A stretch of DNA of 63,867 bases, the filler included, from Reticulomyxa filosa (lineage: Eukaryota > Protista > Foraminifera), in NCBI GenBank assembly GCA_000512085.1. It is 13 parts of 13 records of this genome, joined end to end, with 100 filler letters (N's around TTAATTAATTAA, not from the genome) between each part and the next. Parts side by side here need not be neighbours in the genome. Positions count along the whole stretch, not along the records: positions 33,896 to 42,363 come from ASPP01006452.1; positions 42,464 to 50,598 come from ASPP01004219.1; positions 50,699 to 56,382 come from ASPP01001174.1; 10 more parts are not named here. The stretch is one strand, 5' to 3'. A model generated the notes under the pieces. That model did no database searches. It had not been told where the DNA came from and saw only the letters and a list, made by a program, of their open reading frames with translations. Positions 38,828-50,899 of this stretch are shown here, piece by piece. How positions within the stretch are numbered: the stretch's first letter is position 1; each line of letters opens with the position of its first letter. The position numbers and the translations under genes were made by a program.

Positions 38828-40366
38828 CGACGATGATGACGATAATGATGTATTTCCTGATATTTTCATCGGCGATCGCGTAATGCGAGGCCCAGACTGG
38901 GACTGGGGCGACCAAGACGGACAAGCGGGCATGATGGGCACCGTGCGAGGACTGCGTCAGTGGCATCCCAAAGATCCTCCTGGTCGCGTCACCGAAGTCG
39001 TCGTTCTTTGGGACTTTGGCGTATATGCCAACTATCGCTTTGGCTATCGCGGCGCTTACGACGTGCGTGTCGTGCAGCGCTGTCCTCGCTATCATCTCGC
39101 CACCAGTCATCCAAATTTCCTCCGCCCTTTGTCCGTGGGAGGTTCAGTCAAACGTGCAAAATCCAATTGGCGATGGGGCAAGTTGTGAATTATATATATA
39201 ATATATATATATATATATTACATATACATATATATATGTATATGTACATATATAATATACCAATTGTCTTTGTATAGACAGGACGGTGGCGACGGCAAGA
39301 AAGGTAGAGTGATCGAGTTGTATGCGTCGCCCTCGCCCTTGGCTAAAGGCATTCGCGTAGGCGTACTGTGGGACAAAGACAAAGACAAGTGGCACAGACG
39401 GAATGCGGCGCTGAAGCAACAAAAGCAGACGCGGGAAATGACAAAAGAACGCACTCGGTCAGCCTCCGACGCGATGACGTCGCAAGCTCAAACTCAACGC
39501 TTCGTGCAGCTGTGTCAAAGCACAAACGTCGACCTTCATTACACCACGTGGACCATGAGCAAGTCCACTTCGGCTCATGCCTCCGAATTTGTTCAATGGG
39601 AGGAACAGCAGTTTGAGGATGTCTTGGCGCAACCTTTGCCGCAATATCGCTGGGGCATCGAGGATGCCTCTTATGACTTAACCATTGTTCAACACGCCGC
39701 TCACAATCACAATGATCGTGACGAGGAGGATGTCTACTTACTTGTCGGCGACAGAGTCGCTAAAACACGTTATTTTCAGTTCCCATTTTCATCATACACT
39801 CATTTTCAAAAAAAAATTAAAAGTACTACTTATCTTTTTGTACATATATATTATACATATATATGCATACATATATATGTATACGTATAATATATGTATA
39901 ATATATGTATAATATATGTATATGTACAAAAAGACAACCGCCGAGCGGTGATTATTCTGAAAAGTATGCTGTAGTTCTCAGGGTGGAGCAATGGGACAAA
40001 AGTCGTGTTGACCCAAAACACATTCGAGGAGATAAAGTGTTCACTCAATGGAACTATCGCCATGGCCTTCGGTTCGCTTGCAACAACGACTCCAGTGATA
40101 TCACTTTGGCGCAACGCGGAAATGGATTTCAAAACAAACACGCCAAAATTCGAGTTGGCGATCGTGTTGTCAGGTCGCTACTTTGGAATCAGGAAAATCG
40201 TCGCGGCGATAATGAGGAAGACGAAGAGGAAGGTACTGTCACAGTACTACAGTTTGTCTTAGAAATGTCCGGTATCCTTGCCAAAGTGCAATGGGAAAAA
40301 ACAAATCACATCAACATGTACTCATGGGGATTCAACAATATTTATGATCTTGCAAAAATCGACTAA
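37047..40366 (+). CDS. SAM-domain + multiple MIB/HERC2-domain protein, multi-exon
   Basis: SAM: WNSSGVCQWLRLL..KYETIIRRENITGKEF..LLKIGI. MIB/HERC2: IGDRVMRGPDWDWGDQDG..GTV..VVLWDFGVYANYRFGYRGAYDVRV, VGGSVKRAKSNWRWGKQDGG, VGDRVAKT, VGDRVVRSLLW..VQWEKTNHINMYSWGFNNIYDL. Introns 37050-37131, 37387-37503, 37588-37655 and 39182-39277 join in frame; others unresolved. Confidence 0.8.
38768..38850 (+). repeat. (GAT/GAC)n poly-Asp tract of about 25 residues
   Basis: Directly visible, immediately before the first MIB/HERC2 domain. Confidence 0.9.
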
Positions 40367-40949
40367 CGTAACTCTATCCCACACCTTCAAAGAAAAGCTA
40401 ATCTGCTTAATGATCTGTTGATGTGAGCAATGAAGAATCCATGCAACAACAAATCTTGTTCAAAAACATTAAATTCTGCCAACACTTTTGTTTTTTTTTT
40501 TACAAACTTTGCGAATGGTTAACAACAACGTCTTTCTTCAAGTTCGTTTATTATGTCATAGTATAGCTCGCGAGAAAAGGTTAGTGCATTTGTTTAAATG
40601 CCAAATTTATCTAATTATACGTTGCACAAACAAAACTAATAATGTTACATACGATACAAAAAAAGATGTCCGAAATTAACTCTACAAACATTGCAATTTT
40701 ATTCATGAAAAACTAATATTTTTCAAAATTTTTAAAAATGATATCACACCACAAATAAACACTCAATAACTCTCAAACTTTGACCATAAATACAAATAAA
40801 AAGTCACATCTTTAGCTATTTAAAGTTAGTATTGAAATTTTCTGAAGGAATATGTCGTTTCAGCCACCACATTAGATACAAACGTTAAAGATTAATAATC
40901 GACTTTAATTTTACTAAAACTCTAAAAAATACCAATATAGATAAGAAAA

Positions 40950-42342
40950 AGGTGCAAAATGCACCTATCATGATATGATATGGACAATCCTTCACAATCG
41001 ATAATCAATTTCCATACGAGGAGGAAAACATGCTTTATTATCACTGCAATATAAATGTTTCATACTTTCTTTGCTGTCACTGTCTCTCAATTTGGCTGCA
41101 TTTTTAATAAATCCTTCTAACCATTCTTTATTTTGATCAATATTTGAAAATATACAACTAAATATGTATCAAATTACTTTCATTCATTGGATGTGTTTTC
41201 GATGGAACTGTTTCATCCGTCGATTATCATCAACTTTCGCCAAAATAGAATTGCTGTTTTACACAAACTTAAATAAATACAATGATCTTTATGAGTAACC
41301 ACCAAACTTATTTCATTAAATTTATTTGATGAAATTATTTTCAATTGCACTTGCAATTCTTTCATGTACAGGTTCAAATGTTGTATCTCTTGGTAATCCA
41401 ATGAAAATTCTTCCTTTTCGTTTCAATAGGACACATATTTCAAATAATAAAAATATTCGACTAGCTAGAAAAGGTAATGAATACCATCCTTAATCAAATC
41501 TTTTTTTATTTGTATTTTCAGCTACTATAATCATTACATTTTTACTTGTCGCTCAATACAATAAATTACTTTTGATGACTTTCTCTTTCAAACAATTCTG
41601 ACTTACTCCCAATAAGAAAGTTGTGCCTTTTTGCAATAATGTTTCATCAATGAATTTAATAATACCTTCTTCATCAGTTAATTTATCTTTTCATTTGATG
41701 TACGGTTCATTGTTTTAATATCCATTTACACATGTTCATTGCATCTAAATATTCTTTATTATTTTTTCATTTTTGTGTTTCATAACCAATTTCATGAGAT
41801 TTCAAAAGGAGTTCTCAAAACGGAAGCATTGACAGCACCATCTCTGGCATCAATCCATGCTCTTTTTTAAATACAATATCTTCATTGCCATAATTCCATT
41901 TTGATTGATGATGGCCTGTTTATTACAATAATTTATTAATTTATTCAATTCATCCAAAGTGATATTATCATTATCGCAATTCAATTGAATACAAGGATTA
42001 TATGTTAGCAAACCAAATGCAAAAAATTTCATTTCTTCATTGACATTTATTTGTGTTTATTTGTTTTATCGTATCTATCTTATTCTCAAGCAACATTTTC
42101 CAAATAGAATTATCTTGGCTTTCATTTTCAATTCTCTTTTAATGCATAAATTGTCACAAGTCTCCATATATCTTCGGATATTCCCATCAATGAATTGTTT
42201 ACATATACATTTATCTTTTTTACTCTTTCCAGCAAGTATTTCATAAATAAATACAATTTTTTGTTGTTTAATTTCATAGATATTATGTGCCATAATAATC
42301 TTTAACTGTTTAAAAGGTTTATGAAGACGTCCAATTGCCTCT
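40950..42342 (-). pseudogene. Heavily decayed copy of an unidentified protein-coding gene
   Basis: Protein-like fragments on one strand (ICKQFIDGNIRRYMET, AFGLLTYNPCIQLNC, LPFLASRIFLLFEIC) broken by many stops and frameshifts. Confidence 0.5.
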
Positions 42343-42344
42343 TA

Positions 42345-42363
42345 CAGTAGATTGCAAAAAAAA
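42345..42363 (+). mobile_element. Variant TIR start at contig end, preceded by TA
   Basis: TA-CAGTAGATTGCAAAAAAAA resembles TA-CAGTAGGTTGCAAAGAAAA. Confidence 0.55.
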
Positions 42364-42463
42364 NNNNNNNNNNNNNNNNNNNNNNNNNNNNNNNNNNNNN
42401 NNNNNNNTTAATTAATTAANNNNNNNNNNNNNNNNNNNNNNNNNNNNNNNNNNNNNNNNNNNN

Positions 42464-42492
42464 AGGTGTTCAGTTTTTTTTGCAACCTACTG
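42464..42492 (-). mobile_element. Variant TIR at contig start, followed by TA (42493-42494)
   Basis: AGGTGTTCAGTTTTTTTTGCAACCTACTG-TA versus AGGCGTTCAGTTTTCTTTGCAACCTACTG-TA at 11-41. Confidence 0.72.
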
Positions 42493-42854
42493 TAGTTCCC
42501 ATTTCTGCCTCCATTCTTGTTCTTCTTTTTTCAATTGTTCTTCTCGCCTCCAACCTATTACTTTCATCATCCTCCTTTTGTCTCTTTTTCTTGACGCAAT
42601 GGCCCAGGTCCGGAATCAGTGCTGGAGTTGTTGTTTTCATAGTCTTGCACGAAAGAATACAGAAAATGAGCGCATTTTCAAAGAACCTTTTGTAAAAGAT
42701 CTATTTATAAATAGGCAGAGTTTACGGTTAATAAATAAAGACGCTAAGGATTAATAAATATACATATATAATAATTTATCTTTATCTGAAAAAGACAAAA
42801 ATTTTTGTTATGAACTAAAGGATTGTTTTTCCTTACTTTTTATCTTTATCTTCA

Positions 42855-43199
42855 ATGTCTCTTTTTTGGACAACAGTTGACTGGATATTAGATCATTTAA
42901 CACCTCAAACTTTGTTACATGTTATCCTTTGGCTTATTGGATGGTTTTTTGTATGCTATCTATTAGAATTTGGAGTAGTTTATTTAATGATAACAATAAT
43001 TTATTTAATATTTACGAATTTGGGAAAACGTAAAAAAGGAGAATTGAGTGCATATTCAATGTTTAATCATAATTTTGAACAAATTACTGGAACATTTGAT
43101 GGTGAATTTTATGATAATATGTTGCGTCGTGGTGGATCATCAATAGTAAATCTTGATAAGACAAAAAAAAAGAATGAATCAACAATACGGCATCAATAG
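42855..43199 (+). CDS. SAYSD1: SAYSvFN-domain protein (SAYSD1); in-frame SEC-C-like extension to 43304 beyond the TAG
   Basis: Hydrophobic hairpin LEFGVVYLMITIIYLIFTNLG followed by RKKGELSAYSMFNHNFEQITGTFDGE. Confidence 0.88.
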   Translation: MSLFWTTVDWILDHLTPQTLLHVILWLIGWFFVCYLLEFGVVYLMITIIYLIFTNLGKRKKGELSAYSMFNHNFEQITGTFDGEFYDNMLRRGGSSIVNLDKTKKKNESTIRHQ

Positions 43200-44039
43200 A
43201 ATAAAAATATCAATGGACATTGTATTTGTGGTTCTGTCAAAAAGTATAAAAAATGTTGTATGAAAAATGTTCGTCAATCAATAGATGACTATTCTTCCGA
43301 TTGATTAAACATAGAAATAGAAATAAGCATAATATCAATGTTTCTTACAGAAGAAATGAACAATTATTATTTTTGAAGACAAATAATCGATTTCCAAAAA
43401 AAAAATGATTTTTGTGTTAATTGTCATCCAATAAAGGACTTCATATATTGTTGTTATTCTATAATGTAAAAAAAAATGTATTTCAAAAATAATTGTAATG
43501 AGTGTATCATTTTCTTCATAATATTATAGTGATAAATGAGTCACAAATGACTCCAGAGTTGTAATAAGAAATAACTTTTTTTTGTTTTCTTTTATTTCTT
43601 TTATGCAATTTCTCTATATATCTCCATTATGATAAATATAAATAGTAATAATAATATATATAAATATAATAACATTGACTTGGGCAATAATCATATGTAT
43701 TTTGAGAATAGCAAATCATAGTCTGAAATTCTATTTATATCATCACACTTACTATAAATAATTATTTTTTAGATAATATTAACATTTCAACTTATAATAT
43801 AAATAATTATATGACCATGCTCCAAAGGACACAAAAATGTAAATAAATTTATTTAAAAGTTGTTAAAAATGATAAAACCAAATTAACATAGAAATAAAAG
43901 ATCAATAAAAATTTATTAATTATCAAGCAACTGAATAACTATAGTATAAGTCCATATTATACAATCTCAAATACTAAGGGAAAACCCTATTCATAACACA
44001 ACTCACTTTTGTGTTTTCTTTACTTGAAGTTTAAAAATA

Positions 44040-45005
44040 CGTCCAATTATTGCCTATGTCAAGGGTATTTCATTTATATATTTTTATTTTTTTTAATATT
44101 AATCTTAATGTATTTATATGTCCGGTTATAATCACGTTCGTTACACTTCTTATAAAAAATTATTTTCTAAGAATATTAACATTTCAGCTTATAAGACTTA
44201 AACTATATTTTCAATTTTCAATTTCGTGAAAAATTTTTTAAAATTTACAATTTGGAAAGAGATTGTTTACAAAATGAACAAATTTTATTTTTAAAACTAG
44301 AATAATTTGTACATGTACATTTTGTTCATGTCAAAAAAAATCTCAATTTGCACAAATGCTCGTGTATGAGACCTCATTGTTTATTTGCTTCCGTTGAAAG
44401 AAATGAAAAAGAAATCGTAAAAACGACTATTCGACACTGAAAACAGCTTGTCTGTTACTATGGTCCTGCTACAGCAATTATATATGTCACTTCTATCAAA
44501 ATTTATGAAACTCGCTTATTATTACCAAAACAACTGCTGTGAATCTGAGATGCGTAAACAAGTTGGCAATATGCATTTACATTTTTCTTGGCTCCAAATC
44601 GATAGCAAAGCAAAATATATGTATGTGTATATATTGCACTATATTTATTGTTAGTACTTTCAAACGATATTCCATTTTAAAGTTGACCATGTTCTGAATT
44701 TTACAATATTTATGGATTATATAAATTTGATACCACAATCTAACAAATGGTACTACAATTTGTATCTTTATCTCTAAATTGACAAAAAGACTAAACAATG
44801 CATTATGACAATAAAACAAAGAGAAAAACAAATACAAAATGTGTTATTTGCATTTGCATCTATTAATATTTCAAACAATTTTTGCAATCTTCTTTGTTAT
44901 TGCATAACAAAAAAAGAATCTTGAACATTTTTGTAGAACAATCGCTTATATAAAAAATAAAAAATATATGAATGAAATACCCTTGACATGTGCAATAATT
45001 GTACG
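44040..45005. mobile_element. 966-bp non-autonomous TIR element flanked by TA
   Basis: Left CGTCCAATTATTGCCTATGTCAAGGGTATTTCATTTATATATTTTTATTTT; right end reverse-complemented CGTACAATTATTGCACATGTCAAGGGTATTTCATTCATATATTTTTATTTT. TA at 44038-39 and 45006-07; no long ORF inside. Confidence 0.82.
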
Positions 45006-45258
45006 TACCAATAATATAAAAAAGAAAGCACAAACACAGTCAAAAAACAATAAAAACGGCAAAAGTTTGAAAAAAATTGTCAAAAAACTTAAAAAGTAAG
45101 CAATTTTTTATTAAAACGAAAATTCTGTTGCAAAGATAATTAAATTTTTGAAACAAACATTGTTAAAAATATTTCCGTTTCAATCGAAAAAACAATGCTA
45201 TTTTTTAGCGTTATCTACAAAATTCCTTTGTCCCCTTTTTTTAAAAAAGACAATAATA

Positions 45259-45872
45259 ATGTCCCTTTTGACCGACGAAGTAAAAAAAACCTTAGAACGT
45301 GTAGATAACTCGTTACAAAACATAGAAAAAATTTATCAACCTTTTTTTGCAAACAATTCATTGGAGAAATTGAATGAGGATCTGTCACCAGAGTCCAAAG
45401 CGAAGTTATTTGCAGCATTGGCATATTCTTTGCAAGTCCTTCATAGCAGTTGCGGAATTTTATTTCATAAATATATTGACATTATCTTAGAGAAAAAGGA
45501 AACATGCATACACGTATATACGTATATGGACACTTATTAGGTTATTGCCACCTGCAAAATGAAAACGAACAAGTGCAAACAACATCACAACAATCATTGG
45601 AACGAGCAAAGCAGTATATAATGAAAATAAAGCATGTACTAAGTGCCGAAAAGGCGGCAGCCGCGACAGCGGAAAATGAAGAGGGCAAAGAAAAAAAAAG
45701 CGAAGCGGTTGAGGATAAGGATGTACAAATGTACGAAGAAGTAAGAAATGCAGGCAGACAAGGCCGACGTCTTGACAAAGGTGCTGCCAAACGCTTTATC
45801 GCCAAAGGTTTGGATAAAAAAGAAAGGGATGCCATGTGGGAAAAATTTGGAACTGAAATGAGTTATTTGTAA
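45259..45872 (+). CDS. C1D: C1D/Rrp47 (Sas10/Utp3/C1D family) protein
   Basis: LSPESKAKLFAALAYSLQVL, LERAKQYIMKIK, RLDKGAAKRFI. Intron 45449-45540 joins in frame; a short further 3' exon is possible. Confidence 0.8.
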
Positions 45873-46607
45873 ATATATACATATGTATGTATATATTATA
45901 TAATTTTGTGGTTCGTTATCACTTCTTTCTTGTTTTTTTTTTTAAACAGAACAAAAGTAGAATATATTGATTGACAGTATATCTCTTAAAATGACGCTCA
46001 TTTAATACAACTCAACCCAATCAATTTTACAAAAACATTTATATATCGTTATTAAATTGGATAATCCACTTTTTATATTTTGTAATATGCTCTGATTTTG
46101 ACATCGTAGTTCCAGATTCAATTGTGCAAGGATATAACTTGCACTTTTATTTGAAGAGAATTCAGTTTTTTTGTTTGTCTTTTTTTAATAATCTGAAATC
46201 GTTTTGGATGTGCTTTTGATTGAAAACGCTTCTTATTGTTTCATTTTTGCTTATTTGTTTGGTTTTGCATTATTTTGATGTTAAGTCAACGTCTGTTGTT
46301 GCAAAAAAAAAAGGGACTATGAAATACGTCGAGAAAAATTTTAAATTTTTCCTAATTCTTTCTTCCATCAAAAATAGCCTCTCCGGTTTATATAGATAAT
46401 TGCATCGCACACAAAAAAACAAAGAAATAGCTTGAAATTTACTACTTCAGCTGGCTCAAGACAGTTGAATGCAATATCTTTGTTCAGCAAAAGCTACTAT
46501 TCAAAAAATCGAACAAAACAACGTTCAACAAGCTGTTGGCAAGGGAAAGCATGTGTGAATTTTCTTAATATTTTTCATATAAGATCCAGATCGCACATGA
46601 AGAGGTT

Positions 46608-48791
46608 ATGATAATGTTGGAGACATTATTATTATTTTTAAGTTCATGTTGTGCCTGTTTGGCGATAACACCAAGTTGGCTCAGCCCAGAAAAAGTGAGG
46701 GATTTCGAGGTGGCCTTTCAGTCGTTGGATCACAATGGGGATGGATTTGTGAGCATTTCAGAGATGAGACTGGGCCGTTTCTCCAACTTGGATTGTATGT
46801 ACCCGCAGCCCGAGTCAGCATACAGGGAGTACGTACCGCCTCAATTCGCGTGCATTCCATCATTAGATACAGTTATTCAACGCGTGTGTGTATTTGTTTG
46901 TATTCAAGCAGTATAAATAACGAGATGAAATGGGGATGAATAGGTGGATTTTGTGGATTGTGTAGTGTTATCAGCACGTATAACCAACACATTGACCAAA
47001 GAACAAGAAAACGAAAAGAATAAAGAGAATGAGATTAAGGGAGGAGGAGAGAATGACGTAATGTTATTGGACACATTGTTAGCAATGTACTTTGGTTCAC
47101 ATTGTGATGACATAATGCCGCCCGGGTATTCGGCAAACAGTTTCTGTTCCGATTTGGTGAAGGATAGGACCATGAGAATGCAAGTATGTCAGCCGTCGTC
47201 TCCATACTGTCGTCTCAGTTGCCATCTGTGCGTCCAAGAAAGTGTCATGTTCGGATCCAGTCCACCACGTGGACGCCACCCGTATCCGTTCGAAAATGCG
47301 CCCCCTTCCTCTTTCACACGTATGTACAGTTCGCCGCTGTCCATTCTCGACAATCATCATCGTCACCATGACAACGCTACTGACGATAATACATGTCAGG
47401 GTTTTCTCAATTCCAGTTTTGAACTTTTTTTTTTAAAAAAAAAGGGAGGTACAAATGAAACATTTAACAACAAATAAACAAATAATATAATAAAATAAAA
47501 AGCATTGAAAAGTGAAATGAATTTATTGTTTCTGTCGGATGTTCACATGGAACCTTGGTATAACATTAGCGGGGGACCGAACAAAAATGTGTCGCGCTTT
47601 GCGAACAGTAGTGTTGATAATATGTTCGAATGTCGAAATAGCGCAAATAAAAAAAGTTTGTGCAAACTGACAGGACACGCCGACACACCCATACCTTTTC
47701 TGCAGTCGGTGCTTCTTGCTTATCAACACATGAGGTCCGCAGGGCAATATCCTCCTTCTCCTCTTGTTTCTTCCCCTTCTTATTACTCTTATTCTTATTC
47801 TTCTTCTTATAATAATGGCTTGCAAAACGCAGTGCTGTTTTATGGCGGGGACCAACAAGCACATTTACTGAATGAAAGTGCAAAGGGTGATCAACTCGCA
47901 ACTGTTCCCAAACTCATTCGCGAAGTCATTCGCACCTCATTGCAATTTTTTCGTGAGGACCAGGTCTTTATTACGCCCGGCAATAACGACGGCGTTCACA
48001 ACTTGATTTTTGTGGGAAATAATTCTTACGGTATGGCCGTCTCTGCCGCGTGGGCACAACAAATGCTTGATCATAATATTGTTACCGATAATTTACATCG
48101 ACAATACAGTTCCCAATTCAAAAAAAAAATTTCTTTTCTTTTCCATGACTCGCCCATATATCATCGACATAGCCAAGAATCGTTTGTTTGTCCTACTATA
48201 GAGGTTGGCAATCATACGTTCAATTCAGTGTCGTTTTTCAAACTTACTGGTTATTATCTCAAAAAAGTTCCTGTTGCCAATGACGCTACATATCAATATT
48301 ATGCAATCATTACCAATTCAAATTTAGGTTGTTTTTGTTTTGTTAACAAGTTGATGATGTCGATATTGTGCACCTTTTCTTGTTTGAAATGGTTTTTTTC
48401 AAAAAAAAAAGGGGCCACAAATCCGACTCAAAATAATGCCTTGCAGAGTGACTTAGAATTTGTAAAAACACAGTCTCCAAATGCACGTGTGATGATATTT
48501 GTACATCATCCGCTAATTGCCACTAGCATTGTTCCCAATCAGTACTGGGGATCAGACATCTTGACCGGGGTATGGAGTGGTCATTTGCATCAATTCTTTG
48601 CCACCAATCTTTATGGGTTTACCATTTTGCCAGCTGCTACTCAATATGAAGGCATTGAGAGTGGTTTTTGCATTGGAAACTTTGATGACAAAGGAAAAGT
48701 TGTTCTCAATGAACATAATTTATGGGTTTATCGTGGCCCTGTTCATTCTGTCCCAGACCCTATGTGTTGGATTCCAGTGGTCAACGCATGA
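46608..48791 (+). CDS. Secreted EF-hand + ShKT-like + calcineurin-like metallophosphoesterase (acid sphingomyelinase/Ppn1-like), about 5 exons
   Basis: Signal peptide; EF-hand DHNGDGFVSISE; Cys motif C..C..C..YCRLSCHLC; motifs SDVH, GGD..AH, PGNND, HHP, SGHLH. Introns 46872-46943 and 47401-47502 join the three ORFs in frame; probable in-frame introns 48109-48201 and 48328-48411. Confidence 0.8.
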
Positions 48792-49438
48792 CCATTTTTT
48801 TTATTCTTACGCTTCAAGCCTTTATGTGCATTGTTTTATCATCAGCAAAATTTTTAACTTTCAAGCCATTTTGTGTATGTTTTTTGTTCAAAAAAGAATC
48901 AGATGTACTTCCCCATTAAATCAAGATTGCTTCTAAAATGGGATGTCAGTGCTTTCAAGTGATAATATATTTTAAAATAAAATCTTATTATTACATTTCT
49001 TATTAAAAAATAAAATACTTACACACTCTTACTGCGAAGCGAACAATCAAAATGTTTCAGCACTGAGCTGCCTGCTGTGCTGATCTGAAAAATTAATACA
49101 ATATTATTATTTACAACTTTGATTGGATTGTTATTTTTCATTCACAATTTCAACACAAAAAAAAAGGAATAAAAATTGCAATTTAATATAAACAAAGTAA
49201 TCCTGTATTTTTTTAGTTTATTAACTATGAAAGAATATTTGAGAAATAAAAACAGAGCCAGATTATCGTGATGAATCAATAGATAGTGAGTACATCACAG
49301 TTTTAAATGTTAGGTAATAGATACAAGTGGAACTAGAACAAATATAAAAAAGATATATGAAGTTAGAGGCATTTTGCCTGTACCGTTACAAAAGATGTAA
49401 GTAGAAAAAAAAGTTTAAAGAGGACAGCACAGCATTGG

Positions 49439-50598
49439 TCAAAACAATTTTTCTTCAATTCTCCACTGAATGCCTCTGGAGAAGAATGCCACCATTTTGC
49501 TGGTTGCCAAAGCATTAGTGGCCATACTTTCATTCAGGTCCTTTTCAGTGAGTCGATGTGAACCACACAAAGGGCCGAATAATCTGGCCAGTTGCGGAGT
49601 TCCCATTTTTGTTTTATCTTGATGAACAGCAACCCTCGCCAACACATCAAACAGCCAGCACAAAATGGAACCTTGCAGCTCTGGTAAACTGCTTATCACT
49701 TCTGGCATTACTTTCGCATTTACTGCTTTTTCGATGTTATGTTCTTCACCTTGCAAGAGTGGTTCTGGTAGTCTTTCTGTTGGTGACACCAAATGTTTAT
49801 TTGGGATTATATTTTGCACAATTTTTTTTTTTTTTGAGTTTATCCAATTGCAAAGCTTGAAAGGAGAAAATTTTTTTTAACAACTGACCAAAGAAGGTTG
49901 CAAGCGCCAGTGCAATACCGTAGACAGGATCAGTGGGTTTTTGTTCAGCAAAGAAGCTTGGATTGAAAATTCCTTCTTTTTCTCGGTATTGCAATCGTTC
50001 CAAATTTTGTTGCAACGTCAACAAGATCTTTGGGATCGGTGATTTGTAGCCCTTCACGCTAGCACTCTCCAATTTCGCCAATGGCACTCCATACATCGAG
50101 TTCATATTCAGTTCGATCATAGTGTCACTTCTGGCTGTTTTATTTTCCCCAATGGCAAAAACTTTAATTATATATACATATATATGTGTATATAATTAAA
50201 CTTACTTGTATTGACCTTATCACCATCTTGTACGGTAGTCACTGACGTATTGCTTTCACTGACAAAAGTGATGGCATTGTTTGGCGGTGGTTGGGAAATG
50301 TGTCCAGGGCTAATGATTTGTTGTTGTTGTTGTTGTTGCTGAACAGTTCGACTGACACGATATTCGCTATGATACGACTTAGTGACTCGAGACGTTTGTG
50401 TGGTTCGCACTTGCTCTGTCGATTTTTTTTCTGTGCTGTCGATTACCGGCGCGGCATTTGGTCCGCTCGAGTTGGTGGAAACTTTTTGTTGTATCCTTTG
50501 CTCTCGGACTTCCACGACGTTGTTCGAAGTCGGCTTGGTCTCTTTCACCGTCATTGTTGTCACCGTTTTGGTCGATGTGTTCTTCACCGTCGTTTGCT
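49439..50598 (-). CDS. RhoGAP-fold protein lacking the arginine finger, 5' partial
   Basis: YGVPL..PIPKILLTL..KEGIFN (normally EGIFR), ISSLPELQGSILCWLFDVLARVAVHQDKTKMGTPQLARLFGP. Confidence 0.78.
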
Positions 50599-50899
50599 NN
50601 NNNNNNNNNNNNNNNNNNNNNNNNNNNNNNNNNNNNNNNNNNTTAATTAATTAANNNNNNNNNNNNNNNNNNNNNNNNNNNNNNNNNNNNNNNNNNNNTT
50701 AACAATTTATTGGGACCGAAGAAGAAGCGATTTGAAAACAAAAAAATAAAATACTAACATGAACAATATTAGTGATATCAGCGTCGATATCGATGGTATA
50801 TGTCAACACTTTTGCTGTCTCATCGTACTGTAGCAAGTGGGTGAGCGCAACCTCTTTTGCAAACATTGCATCCGTATAGCGTTCGTTCCATTACAGCGC

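Noticed and set aside
38289-39110. Long antisense ORFs (also 1961-3193, 29972-30559, 33844-34293, 58839-59546)
   Set aside because: Shadows of real genes or of microsatellites, giving poly-I/L/F translations with no independent motifs.
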